Shown: piece by piece, positions 48,296 through 58,824 of the stretch
How positions within the stretch are numbered: the stretch's first letter is position 1
Layout: each line of letters starts with the position of its first letter
Source of the DNA: an uncultured Prevotella sp.
GTDB lineage: Bacteria; Bacteroidota; Bacteroidia; Bacteroidales; Bacteroidaceae
DNA: 64,000 nt
Reading direction: 5' to 3'
Assembly: GCA_946404925.1 (NCBI GenBank)
Contig: CAMJFM010000007.1
Location: forward strand, 2,662 to 66,661
Made by a program: the position numbers and the translations under genes
Notes under the pieces: generated by a model
Told to the model about the DNA's origin: nothing
The model's input: the letters and a program-made list of their open reading frames with translations, nothing else
Databases searched by the model: none

Positions 48296-51052
48296 TCATT
48301 CACCGCTCAGACCGTCGGCAATACCGGCGTATACATGCTTGCGGTAGTAATTCTGATCCCAGATACCAACAGGCTCGCCTGGACGCCAGCCGCTAGTAGC
48401 AGGAGCGTCGGTAGCGCACCACAAGGTGATACCCCACTGCTGAGCTGCAGGGATATTAGCCTTGTACTGCTGGATAATCCACTTATAGTATTCAGCCATC
48501 TGGTGATGCTGCTCCTCGGTCATATCGGCAGTCTTAACTGCGTTGCCGTTAGCATCTACGTAGCCCATGTCAAGCTCTGAGATACGAATCAGCTTACCAG
48601 TCTCGGCCATCATCTTGAACGACTTGATAATCAGTTCTTTTCTCTTGGCAAGCTCATCAGCGTCAGCATAGCAAGAAACGTGCATCTGCGAACCGATACC
48701 ATCGATAACGGTCTTGCCGTCAGACTCCCACTTGTTAATCCAGCTGATGAGAGACTCAAGCTTCTTGTTACCAGAAGCATCCCAGTCGTACTCAAGGTTG
48801 TAGTCATTAACGAAGAGCTTCAGATCGTTGCCACCATACTGGCGAGCAAGCTTAACAACAGTGCGAACATAATCCAGATCGCCCAGATAATCCTGCCAGA
48901 AGAAGTTCTCGGTATCGTCGGCCTTACCATGCTGCAACTGACCGTTAGCACCAATAGGCTCATTTACAACCTCCCATGCCTTTACAAGCATGTTACCGTC
49001 ATCGTCCTTACAAGCATCCATGATACCATGAATCCACTTATCCATTGCATAGGTAAGAGTATCCTTCTTCTCCTGTGCGGTCTGAGGAATACCACCACCT
49101 GCGTTCTCCTTCTCAACCTGGAATACGATATTGTCGAAGTAGAACTTGGTCTTTTTCTTATTCTTAGCCAAGTTGAAAGCAACAGTACGCATATTGTCCA
49201 TATCGCTCTCGACTGCAGCATCGATAGAGAAGTGCTGCCACTCTGGCTTGAAGGTTGGAGAACCGATACAGTGCCAAATCATATAAGCACCTGGCTCGTT
49301 ATGAGCTTGAGTATCAGCACCACCTTCGATATCTGAACGATAATCAAACTCTACGTGGATAGGAGTACCTGCAGGCAGAGTCTCTGGCAGACGGATAAAG
49401 AACTGAGTATCCCAATCCTGTGAAGGATTATCCTCAGACTGAAGCATAATACCTCTAGAACCGTCCATACCTACACCATCATAGATAGTAGAAGCGTGAG
49501 GACCACCGGTTGAAGGCTCTGTTGTAAAGAAGCAACTTACATCATCACCCTCCATATCACCATTGGTAATCAAATCAGCCATATACTTAACAGGACCACT
49601 GGCAGACTTCTCCTTCTCAACCTCGAGAACAAAGTTGTCGAAGTAGTACTCGTTAGCTGCTGTCTGATCTTTCTTTGCAAGGTTAAAGGCAATAGTCTTC
49701 ATACCGCCATCCTTAACCATATCACCAGAAGCTGTTACATCCTTAGAGAAATGCTGCCACTCAGAAGTAAAGTTTACAGCACCGATACAATCCCAATGAT
49801 GGTATGCACCTGGATCGCCATGAGCCTGAGTACCACAGCTTACTGTAGTATTGGCCTTATAATCGAACTCAATATGGAATTTGGTTCCATCCTGAAGTGC
49901 CTCAGGGAATGCAATCCAGAACTGAGTATCCCACTCCTCGGCAGCGCCTGTTGGAGAAACAACCTTAATACCATTTGAGCCGTCCTTACCAGCACCTGCA
50001 GTGATAGCAGAATTAGCTGTAGCGCCATTACCCTCCTTGGTATAGAAGTTGCTAGTGCCACTGCCTTCGAGGTCGCCATTCTTCATGACACTCTCCATGT
50101 ACTTAATGGTTGCAGCAGCGCCACCAGTAGCCTGACCTTCTATTGCAAATGAAGGACCACCCCAGTTTGCACCCCAACCATCAGTTGACTTCTCATCAAA
50201 AGTACCATTTACAACCATCTCGGTATCAGAACCCTTTTCTTTACATGATACGTTATCAATACATACATCTCCAGCAATCTTACCGAAGACAAACTGCAAC
50301 TGATCATGATCGAAAGCAGCTTCAAACTCCCACTGAAGGTCGGTAAATGTCTTTGAAGTAGCATAAGAAGCCAGATACTGAACATCGTTAGAGCCACCCC
50401 ACTGGTTTTTATTGGGGCTTGTGCTCCAAATAGGCCAAAGGCCGAATGTTCCAGAAGGATAATCATCAGCAGTCTTTACACTTATCTTAACAATATAGGT
50501 CTTACCAGCTACCATAGGAGTTGGAAGAGTATAAATAGCCTGCTTATCCCACTGGTTAGCGCCTGCATCGCCATTATGATATACAATACAAGGATCTACA
50601 CCAGCAGGGGTAACAGGTACAGGCTTATCGGCAATCAGAGTGTTGAGCCACTTAACAGGCTGCTGAGCATGCCATGCCAGAGTATGACCATAGATATTCA
50701 GGCCAGCCTCGTGAGCAGCTTTTACATACTCCTCGACTGTTCCAAAGTTTGTGCCACCCTTCTCGTCAATACAAGAGCCCATCTTCATAGCATTACCTGC
50801 TACGGTCTCTGTAAAGTTAACGTTGGTAACCACATAGGTAACGCCCTGCTTTGCATAGTCGGAAGCATCGGTACCTATACCCAACTTAAAGTCCGGATCG
50901 GAAACATATTCTTTCAAGGCTTTATAGTCGTTGAGGTATGCATATTCTGCAGACAACTCAGGACGAGTAACCTCGAAATTGCGATCGAACTCATCTGCAC
51001 ACGAAGCCATGAACATGGCTCCGAGTGCTAAAATGATATATTGCTTTCTCAT
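48296..51052 (-). CDS. Surface lipoprotein GH10 endo-xylanase with catalytic domain split by three CBM4-like modules (Xyn10C-type)
   Basis: Lipobox FMASC; YGHTLAWH before the insert; WEVVNEP, DYNLE and ISELD after it. Start could be 51073 or 51052. Confidence 0.9.
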   Translation of the reverse strand: MRKQYIILALGAMFMASCADEFDRNFEVTRPELSAEYAYLNDYKALKEYVSDPDFKLGIGTDASDYAKQGVTYVVTNVNFTETVAGNAMKMGSCIDEKGGTNFGTVEEYVKAAHEAGLNIYGHTLAWHAQQPVKWLNTLIADKPVPVTPAGVDPCIVYHNGDAGANQWDKQAIYTLPTPMVAGKTYIVKISVKTADDYPSGTFGLWPIWSTSPNKNQWGGSNDVQYLASYATSKTFTDLQWEFEAAFDHDQLQFVFGKIAGDVCIDNVSCKEKGSDTEMVVNGTFDEKSTDGWGANWGGPSFAIEGQATGGAAATIKYMESVMKNGDLEGSGTSNFYTKEGNGATANSAITAGAGKDGSNGIKVVSPTGAAEEWDTQFWIAFPEALQDGTKFHIEFDYKANTTVSCGTQAHGDPGAYHHWDCIGAVNFTSEWQHFSKDVTASGDMVKDGGMKTIAFNLAKKDQTAANEYYFDNFVLEVEKEKSASGPVKYMADLITNGDMEGDDVSCFFTTEPSTGGPHASTIYDGVGMDGSRGIMLQSEDNPSQDWDTQFFIRLPETLPAGTPIHVEFDYRSDIEGGADTQAHNEPGAYMIWHCIGSPTFKPEWQHFSIDAAVESDMDNMRTVAFNLAKNKKKTKFYFDNIVFQVEKENAGGGIPQTAQEKKDTLTYAMDKWIHGIMDACKDDDGNMLVKAWEVVNEPIGANGQLQHGKADDTENFFWQDYLGDLDYVRTVVKLARQYGGNDLKLFVNDYNLEYDWDASGNKKLESLISWINKWESDGKTVIDGIGSQMHVSCYADADELAKRKELIIKSFKMMAETGKLIRISELDMGYVDANGNAVKTADMTEEQHHQMAEYYKWIIQQYKANIPAAQQWGITLWCATDAPATSGWRPGEPVGIWDQNYYRKHVYAGIADGLSGE

Positions 51053-51072
51053 TTTCATAAACTTTTTAAGCA

Positions 51073-52056
51073 TTACTTCACAACATAAACTGGTGAGAAC
51101 TCTTCAACCTTTACACCACTACGCTGCCAAACCATCTTCTCGTGAGTAGAGAACTGCTTGCCATCAGCAAATGTAACGGTGTAGTTGAGTTCCATTCCAT
51201 CGCGGTCTTTGTTGCCCCAAGCCTTCTTCTCGGTGTTATCGCCCCAAGAGCAGGTACCTGTTGCAGTTACGCCATCGGTGAGAGAGCTGATTGAGCCTGC
51301 ACCAAACGACAGTTTGAGGTCAGCCTTGTAGATCTTACCACCATCCTGGAAAGAAACTGCATAAGAACAGTCGTCCAAAGACAATGTCTTAACCTCTACA
51401 GCATTAGCCTTCTCGATATTATCGGTAGAAGTGGTACCATTGGTAAGCCACCAACCAGAGTACTTGTTCTGGAATTTTACGCAATACAGAACATAGTCCA
51501 TTGGCTTAACGTCCCAAACCGAAGCATCGGTACGTGAACCAGAGAAGCCCTCAAGAGCTGTACCGGTAAGAATCTTGCCGAAGCCCGACTGGCTGGTCAT
51601 TACCAGAGGAATAACATAGGTATTCTTTACAGCATCGGGATCAGCAAAGAATGCATCGGTAAGCTGAACGGTGGTTGCACCGTTGAATGTGCCATTGAAG
51701 TTCAGTGTATTTGTAGAGAGTGTGTAGTAGCTGCTTGGCATAGCCTTAACAGGAGTAACACCCTCGTCGAAATACAGATTATTGCAGAGACTCTCGTCGA
51801 CAGCAACAGTTACACTTCCGTTAGAACCATTGTATGAACCACCGAAGGTTGCCATAATCTGACACTGGTGTGCCTGATCCATTGAAGTGTCGTATTCATC
51901 ATCGCCCAGTACGATAGTACGAACTGGATACTGATATGGGAAATAGACTGCTGTTCCGCCCTCGAAGTCATCGAAAGTCTGTCCGCCGTTCTTACAGCTC
52001 CACAGACCGCAAACAAGTCCGATTCCACAGATGAACTTTAATATATTAATTTTCAT
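51073..52056 (-). CDS. SusE-like surface lipoprotein (DUF1735 + DUF5627-like)
   Basis: Start MKINILK at 52056; lipobox LWSC; VYFPYQYPVRT...YVIPL; position between susD and GH10. Confidence 0.8.
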   Translation of the reverse strand: MKINILKFICGIGLVCGLWSCKNGGQTFDDFEGGTAVYFPYQYPVRTIVLGDDEYDTSMDQAHQCQIMATFGGSYNGSNGSVTVAVDESLCNNLYFDEGVTPVKAMPSSYYTLSTNTLNFNGTFNGATTVQLTDAFFADPDAVKNTYVIPLVMTSQSGFGKILTGTALEGFSGSRTDASVWDVKPMDYVLYCVKFQNKYSGWWLTNGTTSTDNIEKANAVEVKTLSLDDCSYAVSFQDGGKIYKADLKLSFGAGSISSLTDGVTATGTCSWGDNTEKKAWGNKDRDGMELNYTVTFADGKQFSTHEKMVWQRSGVKVEEFSPVYVVK

Positions 52057-52093
52057 AATTATCTTTTTCTTTTTAGTTTTACATTGTTTCTGT

Positions 52094-53899
52094 TTACTGC
52101 CAACCGTCATTCTGAACGAGGTTGCTCCACTTCAGAACCTCAGTGTAAGGAATTGGTCCGTAAATCATATAGTCCTTATAATCGCGGCTCTCAACGTTCT
52201 TGACGTCATATACAAGACCATTTACGCCGGTAGTAATATAGACACCCTTTGCAGCCTCTGTGAGGTTAGCATTCCAACGACGGAGGTCCCAGAAGCGGTG
52301 ACCCTCGAAGCAGAGCTCCAGACGGCGCTCGTTGCGGATGAGCTCGCGCATCTTGTCCTGAGACTGTGCGCACTCCTCGAGATATGGATCGTTGTCGCCA
52401 CCTACACCAGCACGCTTACGCAGAGCCTTGATGACATCGTAAGCAGAGTAGTTTGCTCCACCTACGTTAGCCTTTGGACCAGCAGCCTCGTTAGCAGCTT
52501 CGGCATAGTCGAGGAAGATCTCAGTGTAACGGATACGTACACCAAAGTGCTTCTTATCAGCTGCAGGATTCAGGTTCACGTCATCACGCAGATGCTTACG
52601 CAGATAGTAACCGGTAACGGTTGACTTACCAAGTTCGTGGTTGATACCATCGAGGTTGGTCTTATCGTCGTCGGTAGTGTTGATAGCTGTGCCATTAGCA
52701 CCGATCTTCTCGCCGTTAACCAGGATATAGGTCTTCAGACGTGGGTCGCGGTTGGCGTATGGGTTCTTAGCATCGAATCCAGACTTGGCGTCAGAGATAG
52801 GATAACCATTTGCCATTGGGAAAGCATCAACGAGGTTCTGAGTTGGGTTGATACGACCGTTACCATTCAACGATGGAGGATACTGATCCTGCTCGAGTGA
52901 GTGGCTCTCGCCGATGTTACCACGGAAGCAAACCTCCAGAGGATCCTGATCAGAGAACTTGTAAGACTCAATCATATCGGTATTGTTATACCAATGCCAA
53001 CCATCAGGATCCATACCAGCCAGACCACCTACATTCTTCAGAGAATTAGCAGCATACTCAGCAGCCTTCTCCCATGTCATAGCACCTGCAGATGCATAAG
53101 CAGGAGAAGCAGCAAAGATAGCAACCTGAGCCTTGAAGGCGGCAATATTACGACCGTCGATCTTACCCTTCTGCAGGTCGCCGAAGGCCTTATTGTACTC
53201 TTCGTCCTTACCACCAATCTGAGTGTACTTGGCAGGAACACCAGAAGCATCTACATCACCATACTCTGTTGGGAGATACTTCAGAGCCTCGTCAAAGTCG
53301 GCCATAATCTGATCGATACACTCCTTGAAAGTGTTACGTGGCTGATCGAAATCAGAAGAACCATCCTCTGGCTCCAAATGAATAGGAAGACCCATAATTT
53401 CGCCATTCACCTTACCAACGTGAGCACGCAGCAGGTGGAAGAAATGCAGACCACGGAGAGCATAAGCATTACCCTTATAAAGGTCGCGGTGCATCATGTT
53501 CAGTGACTCTGTAGAGTAGTCCCACTTAACGTTATCACATTTTGAGAGGAAGAGGTTACAATACTGAATAGCATGGTAACGGCCTTCCCACTGATTGATA
53601 GGATTGTTCTGAGAAGTCCATGCACCTGTAGCCATCTTCTTATAGTTATTGCTGGTATTGTTTGATACAGCATCGTCGGTAGCAACATCGGTTGTACCAC
53701 CATTCTGTTCGCTAGCGATACCACTAGCCTCGATGGGGATTACCAGGAAAGCATTATCAATTATACCACGTGCAAAGATAGGATCGTTATCCATCTGCGA
53801 CAGGTCCTGGTTATTCTCCAATGCCGGCTCAAAGAGGTCGTCACATGCAGTCAGTGCAAATGTGACAGAACCGAGAAGAATTATATTTTTAAGTTTCAT
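52094..53899 (-). CDS. susD: SusD/RagB family glycan-binding lipoprotein
   Basis: Lipobox LTAC; NRDPRL, IRYTEIFLDYAE and ERRLELCFEGHRFWDLRRW motifs. Confidence 0.95.
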   Translation of the reverse strand: MKLKNIILLGSVTFALTACDDLFEPALENNQDLSQMDNDPIFARGIIDNAFLVIPIEASGIASEQNGGTTDVATDDAVSNNTSNNYKKMATGAWTSQNNPINQWEGRYHAIQYCNLFLSKCDNVKWDYSTESLNMMHRDLYKGNAYALRGLHFFHLLRAHVGKVNGEIMGLPIHLEPEDGSSDFDQPRNTFKECIDQIMADFDEALKYLPTEYGDVDASGVPAKYTQIGGKDEEYNKAFGDLQKGKIDGRNIAAFKAQVAIFAASPAYASAGAMTWEKAAEYAANSLKNVGGLAGMDPDGWHWYNNTDMIESYKFSDQDPLEVCFRGNIGESHSLEQDQYPPSLNGNGRINPTQNLVDAFPMANGYPISDAKSGFDAKNPYANRDPRLKTYILVNGEKIGANGTAINTTDDDKTNLDGINHELGKSTVTGYYLRKHLRDDVNLNPAADKKHFGVRIRYTEIFLDYAEAANEAAGPKANVGGANYSAYDVIKALRKRAGVGGDNDPYLEECAQSQDKMRELIRNERRLELCFEGHRFWDLRRWNANLTEAAKGVYITTGVNGLVYDVKNVESRDYKDYMIYGPIPYTEVLKWSNLVQNDGWQ

Positions 53900-53919
53900 A
53901 TCTATATTCCTTTATCTTA

Positions 53920-56769
53920 TTAGAAACATACTTTAGCACCAATGTTGTAGAAACGAGACTGAGGTGCATCACCTACGTTCATTTCCAACAGCTTGCGCTC
54001 CTTAGCAAATGTCAGCAGACTGTTGCCACTTACATATACTGAGAGACCCTTTACGATGCCATTGCCAATGATGGTCTTTGGGAAATCGTAAGTAAGCTGT
54101 ACCTTAGCCAGGTCGAAACGAGAAGTAGAGTACATCCAGAAGTCAGATGTGGTGTTGTTGTTAGCACCGCTCTGAGTGGTCAAGCGTGGATAAGTGGCAG
54201 TCTCTGCTGTAGCAGGAGTCCAACGACCGCGAACAGCTGCAGAGTACTTGTTATCACCTGAAATCCACCAATAGCTATTGTTCTTCACACCATGACCGCC
54301 GAAACCGCCAGTACCAAGTACGAAGAGTGAGAAGTTCTTGTACTTGAAGGTGAGGTTTACGCCCAGAGTCATAGGAGCACCATACCAGCCGCCCTTACCA
54401 AGGTCAACCTGGTCTTTGCTGTCAATGACACCATCGTTATTCTGATCCTTGTACTTCAGATCACCAGGCTTAACGGTAGCACCGAGTGACTGCTGAGGAG
54501 AGTTAGCAATGTCGGCCTCGTCCTTGAAGAAACCGAGGCACTCATAACCCCAGATAGCGTCGAGAGCCTTACCCTCACGATACTGATAAGCATCAGCATA
54601 GTTTGTATCGTCACGCTTAGCGGCCTTTGTGGTGTAGTATGTCATGTTAGCACCACCCTCGAAACCGAAGTCGCCGAAGTTCTTCTTATACTTTACAGCC
54701 AAGTCGAAACCTGTACGGTTGTCCTTGTTGTAGTTCAGATAAGAAAGGAACGAAGACTCAGGATAGTAAACCTTGAAGTAGCTAGGCATCTGGTTGGTAG
54801 CTGTGATAATACCACCATCCATCTGGCTGCTGAATACCGATGCATCGATAGACAGGCTGCGCTGGAGCAGCTCTGCATGAATGTTTGCAGAAATCTCCTT
54901 ACGCTTGATATAGCCAAGCTCGTCATTACCACCTCGTTTTGACTGCACGCAGTCGTGACCAGACTCACCGTTCCAGTCCCACCAACCACCTTTCTGGTAA
55001 GCAGCGAGATACATGTAATAGTCGCTGATATCAAGATCGGTGCAAATCTGGCTGGCACTAGCGCTGATGGTCAGGTTATCGAAGATGCTGCCCTCCATGA
55101 ACGACTCCTTAGCAATATTCCAACCAAGAGTAGCCGAAGGAGAGAATCCTGCGCGCTTGCCTTCTGGAAGCTTAGCTGACCAAGGAGTAGCAATTGCAAA
55201 GTCTACATAATACTTCTTAGCATAGTTGTATGACAGGTTCAAGCCAAGGTTAGCATTGGTAGTCTTGTGATACTGACCTGCCTTTGACTGCTGGAAACCG
55301 TTAGCAACCAGGATAGCGCTTACATTGTGCTTGTCGGCAAATGTACGGTTGTAGTCGAAATGAGCATTGAAAGTAATCATCTGGTTGTTAGCAGAACCAC
55401 CAATGTTCTGAACACCCGACTTCTGGTCTACCTTCTCATTGTTGTTGAGTGACAGGATGAGGTCAGGACCATTATAGTTACTCCATGCTGGTGTGAACGA
55501 AGCATACTTATTATTATAAGTTGTAGAGTAGCTGGTCTGATAGTCGATACCTACCAATGCGTGGAAAGAGAGACCCTTCAGTACAGAAGCGAGGTCAACA
55601 TTTACGCCAGCATCGAACTGGAACTGACGGCTGGTCCATGTGCTCTTACCTGCAGCATAGTAGTCGGCAAAGATGTTGGTCCACTCTGACTCAATCTGAC
55701 CTGCACCCAGGAAGTACTTGCCATCGATAATATTTGTTGTAGATGACAGAGCATTCTGTGGCTGGATAGCATTAGGATCCAGATATGAGATAGGAACCAG
55801 TGGGCTGAAACGGTTTGGACGCATTCTTGCTGCAACATCCCAATAGTCGAGAGTTACAGTCTGACCATTCTGCTGCTCTGTCTGATTAGAAACTGCAGTG
55901 TTCTGATTGTAATAAGTAGCATTTGCATTGACATAAGCTGTAATGAAGTTGTTAATGCGAACGTCTACATTACCACGAACATTGAAACGGTCGGTATAAT
56001 TCTTCTTAGCCTCACCGAAGTTCAGATAGTCACCAACACGATAGTAGCTCACGTTAGCATAGAACTTAGCGCGGTCGTTACCACCCTCGATCTCAGCTGT
56101 TACATCGCTACGATTGTAGGCCTTCTTGATATAGTCTGAAGAATAGAAATCTACATCAGGATAGCGCCATGGATTCAGCTTGCTACCATAATTATAGATA
56201 TCATCATCAGTATAAAGTTCTTTAAGACCATCGTTTCTAAGAGCCTCGTTGTAAAGAGTCATATACTCAGCAGAGCTGATATACTCTGGATATGACTTGG
56301 CAACATTCCAACCAGTGTTGGCACGAACCTCTACGCTCAGGCCATCGTTAACACGACCACGTTTGGTTGTGATAAGAACAGCACCCTTAGCGGCACGACT
56401 ACCATAAAGTACTACAGCCTGTGCCCCCTTCAGGAAGGTGATCTCCTCGATCTCTGAAGGCAAGACGTTATTTGCCTCACGGGGTACACCATCAATCAGC
56501 ACGAGCTGATCAGTAAAACCCCACATACCATTGCCGTTATAACCGGCTACATAGCCCTGTAGATTGTCAAGACTATAGGTATTGTAGTTCTTATCCATCA
56601 GTTCTCTGTAGTTAATGCTTGAGACACCACCCATAATGTCTTCCTTGGCAACCTTACGGAATGCCACATTGACCTGGGCTGAGTCTGCAGTATCAATCTG
56701 AGCCTCGGCAGGAGTTGCTGCCGACAGAGCCAGGAGAGCTGACAGTATGATAAATTTATTATGTTTCAT
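53920..56769 (-). CDS. susC: SusC/RagA TonB-dependent transporter (second of tandem pair, short N-terminus)
   Basis: LIDGVPR..EIEEITFLKGA..LYGSRAAKGAVLITTKRG plug; PGDLKYKDQNNDG; C-terminal YNIGAKVCF. Confidence 0.95.
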   Translation of the reverse strand: MKHNKFIILSALLALSAATPAEAQIDTADSAQVNVAFRKVAKEDIMGGVSSINYRELMDKNYNTYSLDNLQGYVAGYNGNGMWGFTDQLVLIDGVPREANNVLPSEIEEITFLKGAQAVVLYGSRAAKGAVLITTKRGRVNDGLSVEVRANTGWNVAKSYPEYISSAEYMTLYNEALRNDGLKELYTDDDIYNYGSKLNPWRYPDVDFYSSDYIKKAYNRSDVTAEIEGGNDRAKFYANVSYYRVGDYLNFGEAKKNYTDRFNVRGNVDVRINNFITAYVNANATYYNQNTAVSNQTEQQNGQTVTLDYWDVAARMRPNRFSPLVPISYLDPNAIQPQNALSSTTNIIDGKYFLGAGQIESEWTNIFADYYAAGKSTWTSRQFQFDAGVNVDLASVLKGLSFHALVGIDYQTSYSTTYNNKYASFTPAWSNYNGPDLILSLNNNEKVDQKSGVQNIGGSANNQMITFNAHFDYNRTFADKHNVSAILVANGFQQSKAGQYHKTTNANLGLNLSYNYAKKYYVDFAIATPWSAKLPEGKRAGFSPSATLGWNIAKESFMEGSIFDNLTISASASQICTDLDISDYYMYLAAYQKGGWWDWNGESGHDCVQSKRGGNDELGYIKRKEISANIHAELLQRSLSIDASVFSSQMDGGIITATNQMPSYFKVYYPESSFLSYLNYNKDNRTGFDLAVKYKKNFGDFGFEGGANMTYYTTKAAKRDDTNYADAYQYREGKALDAIWGYECLGFFKDEADIANSPQQSLGATVKPGDLKYKDQNNDGVIDSKDQVDLGKGGWYGAPMTLGVNLTFKYKNFSLFVLGTGGFGGHGVKNNSYWWISGDNKYSAAVRGRWTPATAETATYPRLTTQSGANNNTTSDFWMYSTSRFDLAKVQLTYDFPKTIIGNGIVKGLSVYVSGNSLLTFAKERKLLEMNVGDAPQSRFYNIGAKVCF

Positions 56770-56772
56770 AAT

Positions 56773-56801
56773 CTCTTTTACTTTTTTACTTTTTTACTTT
56801 T
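56773..56801. repeat. Short AAAGTAA-type heptamer repeats in the susD-susC spacer
   Basis: tttttac repeated three times on the plus strand. Confidence 0.6.
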
Positions 56802-56808
56802 CAAAAGA

Positions 56809-58809
56809 TTACCATCCTGGGTTCTGTGGGAACTCTGAATACAGGAATACTTCGCTCTCCTTAAATGGCAACAGATAGTGCTTAGAACCGAATCTACGCT
56901 CTACGAGAACAGTCTGACCACCAATTGTTGGATCAAAGCCTGTTACCTCTGCGTCACGAGGATCATTCTTCTTAAAGTCGAAGTTACCTACACGCTTGAA
57001 CTCCTGACGAGTCTTCACATTGTAAGGATACTCAGAAAGGAGCAACCAGCGCTGCAGATCCTGCCAACGGAATCCCTCGAAAGCAAGCTCACAAGCGCGC
57101 TCACGACGAACCTCATCCATAAACTTCTTGCTGTCAGCCAGGAAACGGTCGGCAACATGACCAGCACCTACACGGTCGCGAAGTACGTTAATAGCATCAA
57201 GAGCAGTGAGAGCACACTTAGCTTTGTAGTCTGCACCACTAACTGCAGCACCTGCCTCGGCATAGAGCAGATAGATATCAGCAACACGCATATAAGGCAG
57301 ATAGCACTGAAGAGCACCACCCCAGTTGTACATACCATCGTACTTGTTACACTGGTGAGGAACGAGCTTCTGACAGAAGTAACCAGTTCGGCTACCATTG
57401 GCATTACGCTCAGGATTACCTGTTGGAACCATGTTACCACCTGTGAACATCTCCAGATACTGATAAGGCTTATCCTCATCGGCTGGTGTAGTATTCAGGA
57501 ACTTGAATCCATCGAACATGATGTCGTGATAGAAACGTGGGTCACGATCTTTGAAAGGATGTGTAGGATCGAAACCAGACTCTGGGTTCAGCGAACCATC
57601 GGCGAGCAGGATTGGCTCACCATTTGCCATACCATATGCATAGTTAACATAGTTAGCTGATGGCATGTGGATCAGAGCATCGTGCTCAACCAGGTTGTTA
57701 ACCTTTGGACCCCACAACTTAGCGAAGTTCCAGTTAGAACCGTTAACATCAGGCACAGGACCACACATGATAGCCTCTACAGTACCAGGCATCTTCCAGC
57801 TCTGACCGGTTGTACGGAAGATATCTGAGAAGTTGCTGGTAGACCCCTTAGCCGACTCATGGTCGTAAATGTTCTCATAATTATACTCAGCGAGCTTATA
57901 TGGAGTCTCGCCACTCTGAAGATGAGCAATAGCCTCACCAAGAGCATCAGCAGCCTGCTGAGCAAGTGCCTTGTCGTAAACATAAGTCTTACCACTCTTC
58001 AGTGCACCCATCTGCGCGCCACCATTACCGTCGGCGTTCAGAGGTGAAGCAGCCCAAAGCAGAACCTTACCCAGGTAACCCAAAGCACAAACCTTGGTGA
58101 TACGCAGCTGGTTCTTACCCAGAGTCTTCTTACCGATAGTAGTATTGTCCCAGTTGTCGGGCAGCAGATCGGCAGCAGCACGATAGTCGGCAGCACACTT
58201 CTCGGCACACTCCTTGAACGAAAGGCGTGGCAGGTCGAATACCTCATCAGCACCCAGAGAACGGTCGATATATGGGATACCACCGAACCATTCCATCTGC
58301 TGGTGATGCCACCAAGCACGGAAGAAGAGCAACTGACCCTTGATAAAGTTCTTCTCTTCCTTTGTAGCGTCCTTCAGATTGTCAATATTCTCAAGTCCGA
58401 TATTGGCCTTACGGATACAATACCATGCATGCTCCAATGAATGAGCATACTTGTCTGTAGAAGTTGGAGTAGGATTGTCTGCATGCAGGAAACTCTGATT
58501 GTTTCCATACCAGTTACGATAGTCACCCAAGTCGAAGTGGGCAGTAACATGGTTGTCACCCAATCCAGTGTTCATAAGTTCATCCTCACCCCAGTTGAAA
58601 GAGGTACACCACATATTTGACTCCTTGTTAGGAATACAGTTATAGATTTCCTCAACGAAGCCCTGGAAATTGGTGAAGTTCTTGAAGGCTGTCTCAGGAC
58701 TTACATCTGAGTCAGGCGACTTATCAAGATAGTCGGTACAAGACGCAGCTCCAAGCGAGAGTGTCAGTCCAACTACACCTATTATATATTTATTAATAAA
58801 CTTTTTCAT
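56809..58809 (-). CDS. susD: SusD/RagB family glycan-binding lipoprotein
   Basis: Lipobox AASC; DRDPRF, MRVADIYLLYAE and ERACELAFEGFRWQDLQRW motifs. Confidence 0.95.
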   Translation of the reverse strand: MKKFINKYIIGVVGLTLSLGAASCTDYLDKSPDSDVSPETAFKNFTNFQGFVEEIYNCIPNKESNMWCTSFNWGEDELMNTGLGDNHVTAHFDLGDYRNWYGNNQSFLHADNPTPTSTDKYAHSLEHAWYCIRKANIGLENIDNLKDATKEEKNFIKGQLLFFRAWWHHQQMEWFGGIPYIDRSLGADEVFDLPRLSFKECAEKCAADYRAAADLLPDNWDNTTIGKKTLGKNQLRITKVCALGYLGKVLLWAASPLNADGNGGAQMGALKSGKTYVYDKALAQQAADALGEAIAHLQSGETPYKLAEYNYENIYDHESAKGSTSNFSDIFRTTGQSWKMPGTVEAIMCGPVPDVNGSNWNFAKLWGPKVNNLVEHDALIHMPSANYVNYAYGMANGEPILLADGSLNPESGFDPTHPFKDRDPRFYHDIMFDGFKFLNTTPADEDKPYQYLEMFTGGNMVPTGNPERNANGSRTGYFCQKLVPHQCNKYDGMYNWGGALQCYLPYMRVADIYLLYAEAGAAVSGADYKAKCALTALDAINVLRDRVGAGHVADRFLADSKKFMDEVRRERACELAFEGFRWQDLQRWLLLSEYPYNVKTRQEFKRVGNFDFKKNDPRDAEVTGFDPTIGGQTVLVERRFGSKHYLLPFKESEVFLYSEFPQNPGW

Positions 58810-58824
58810 TGCTATTTCTCTTTT

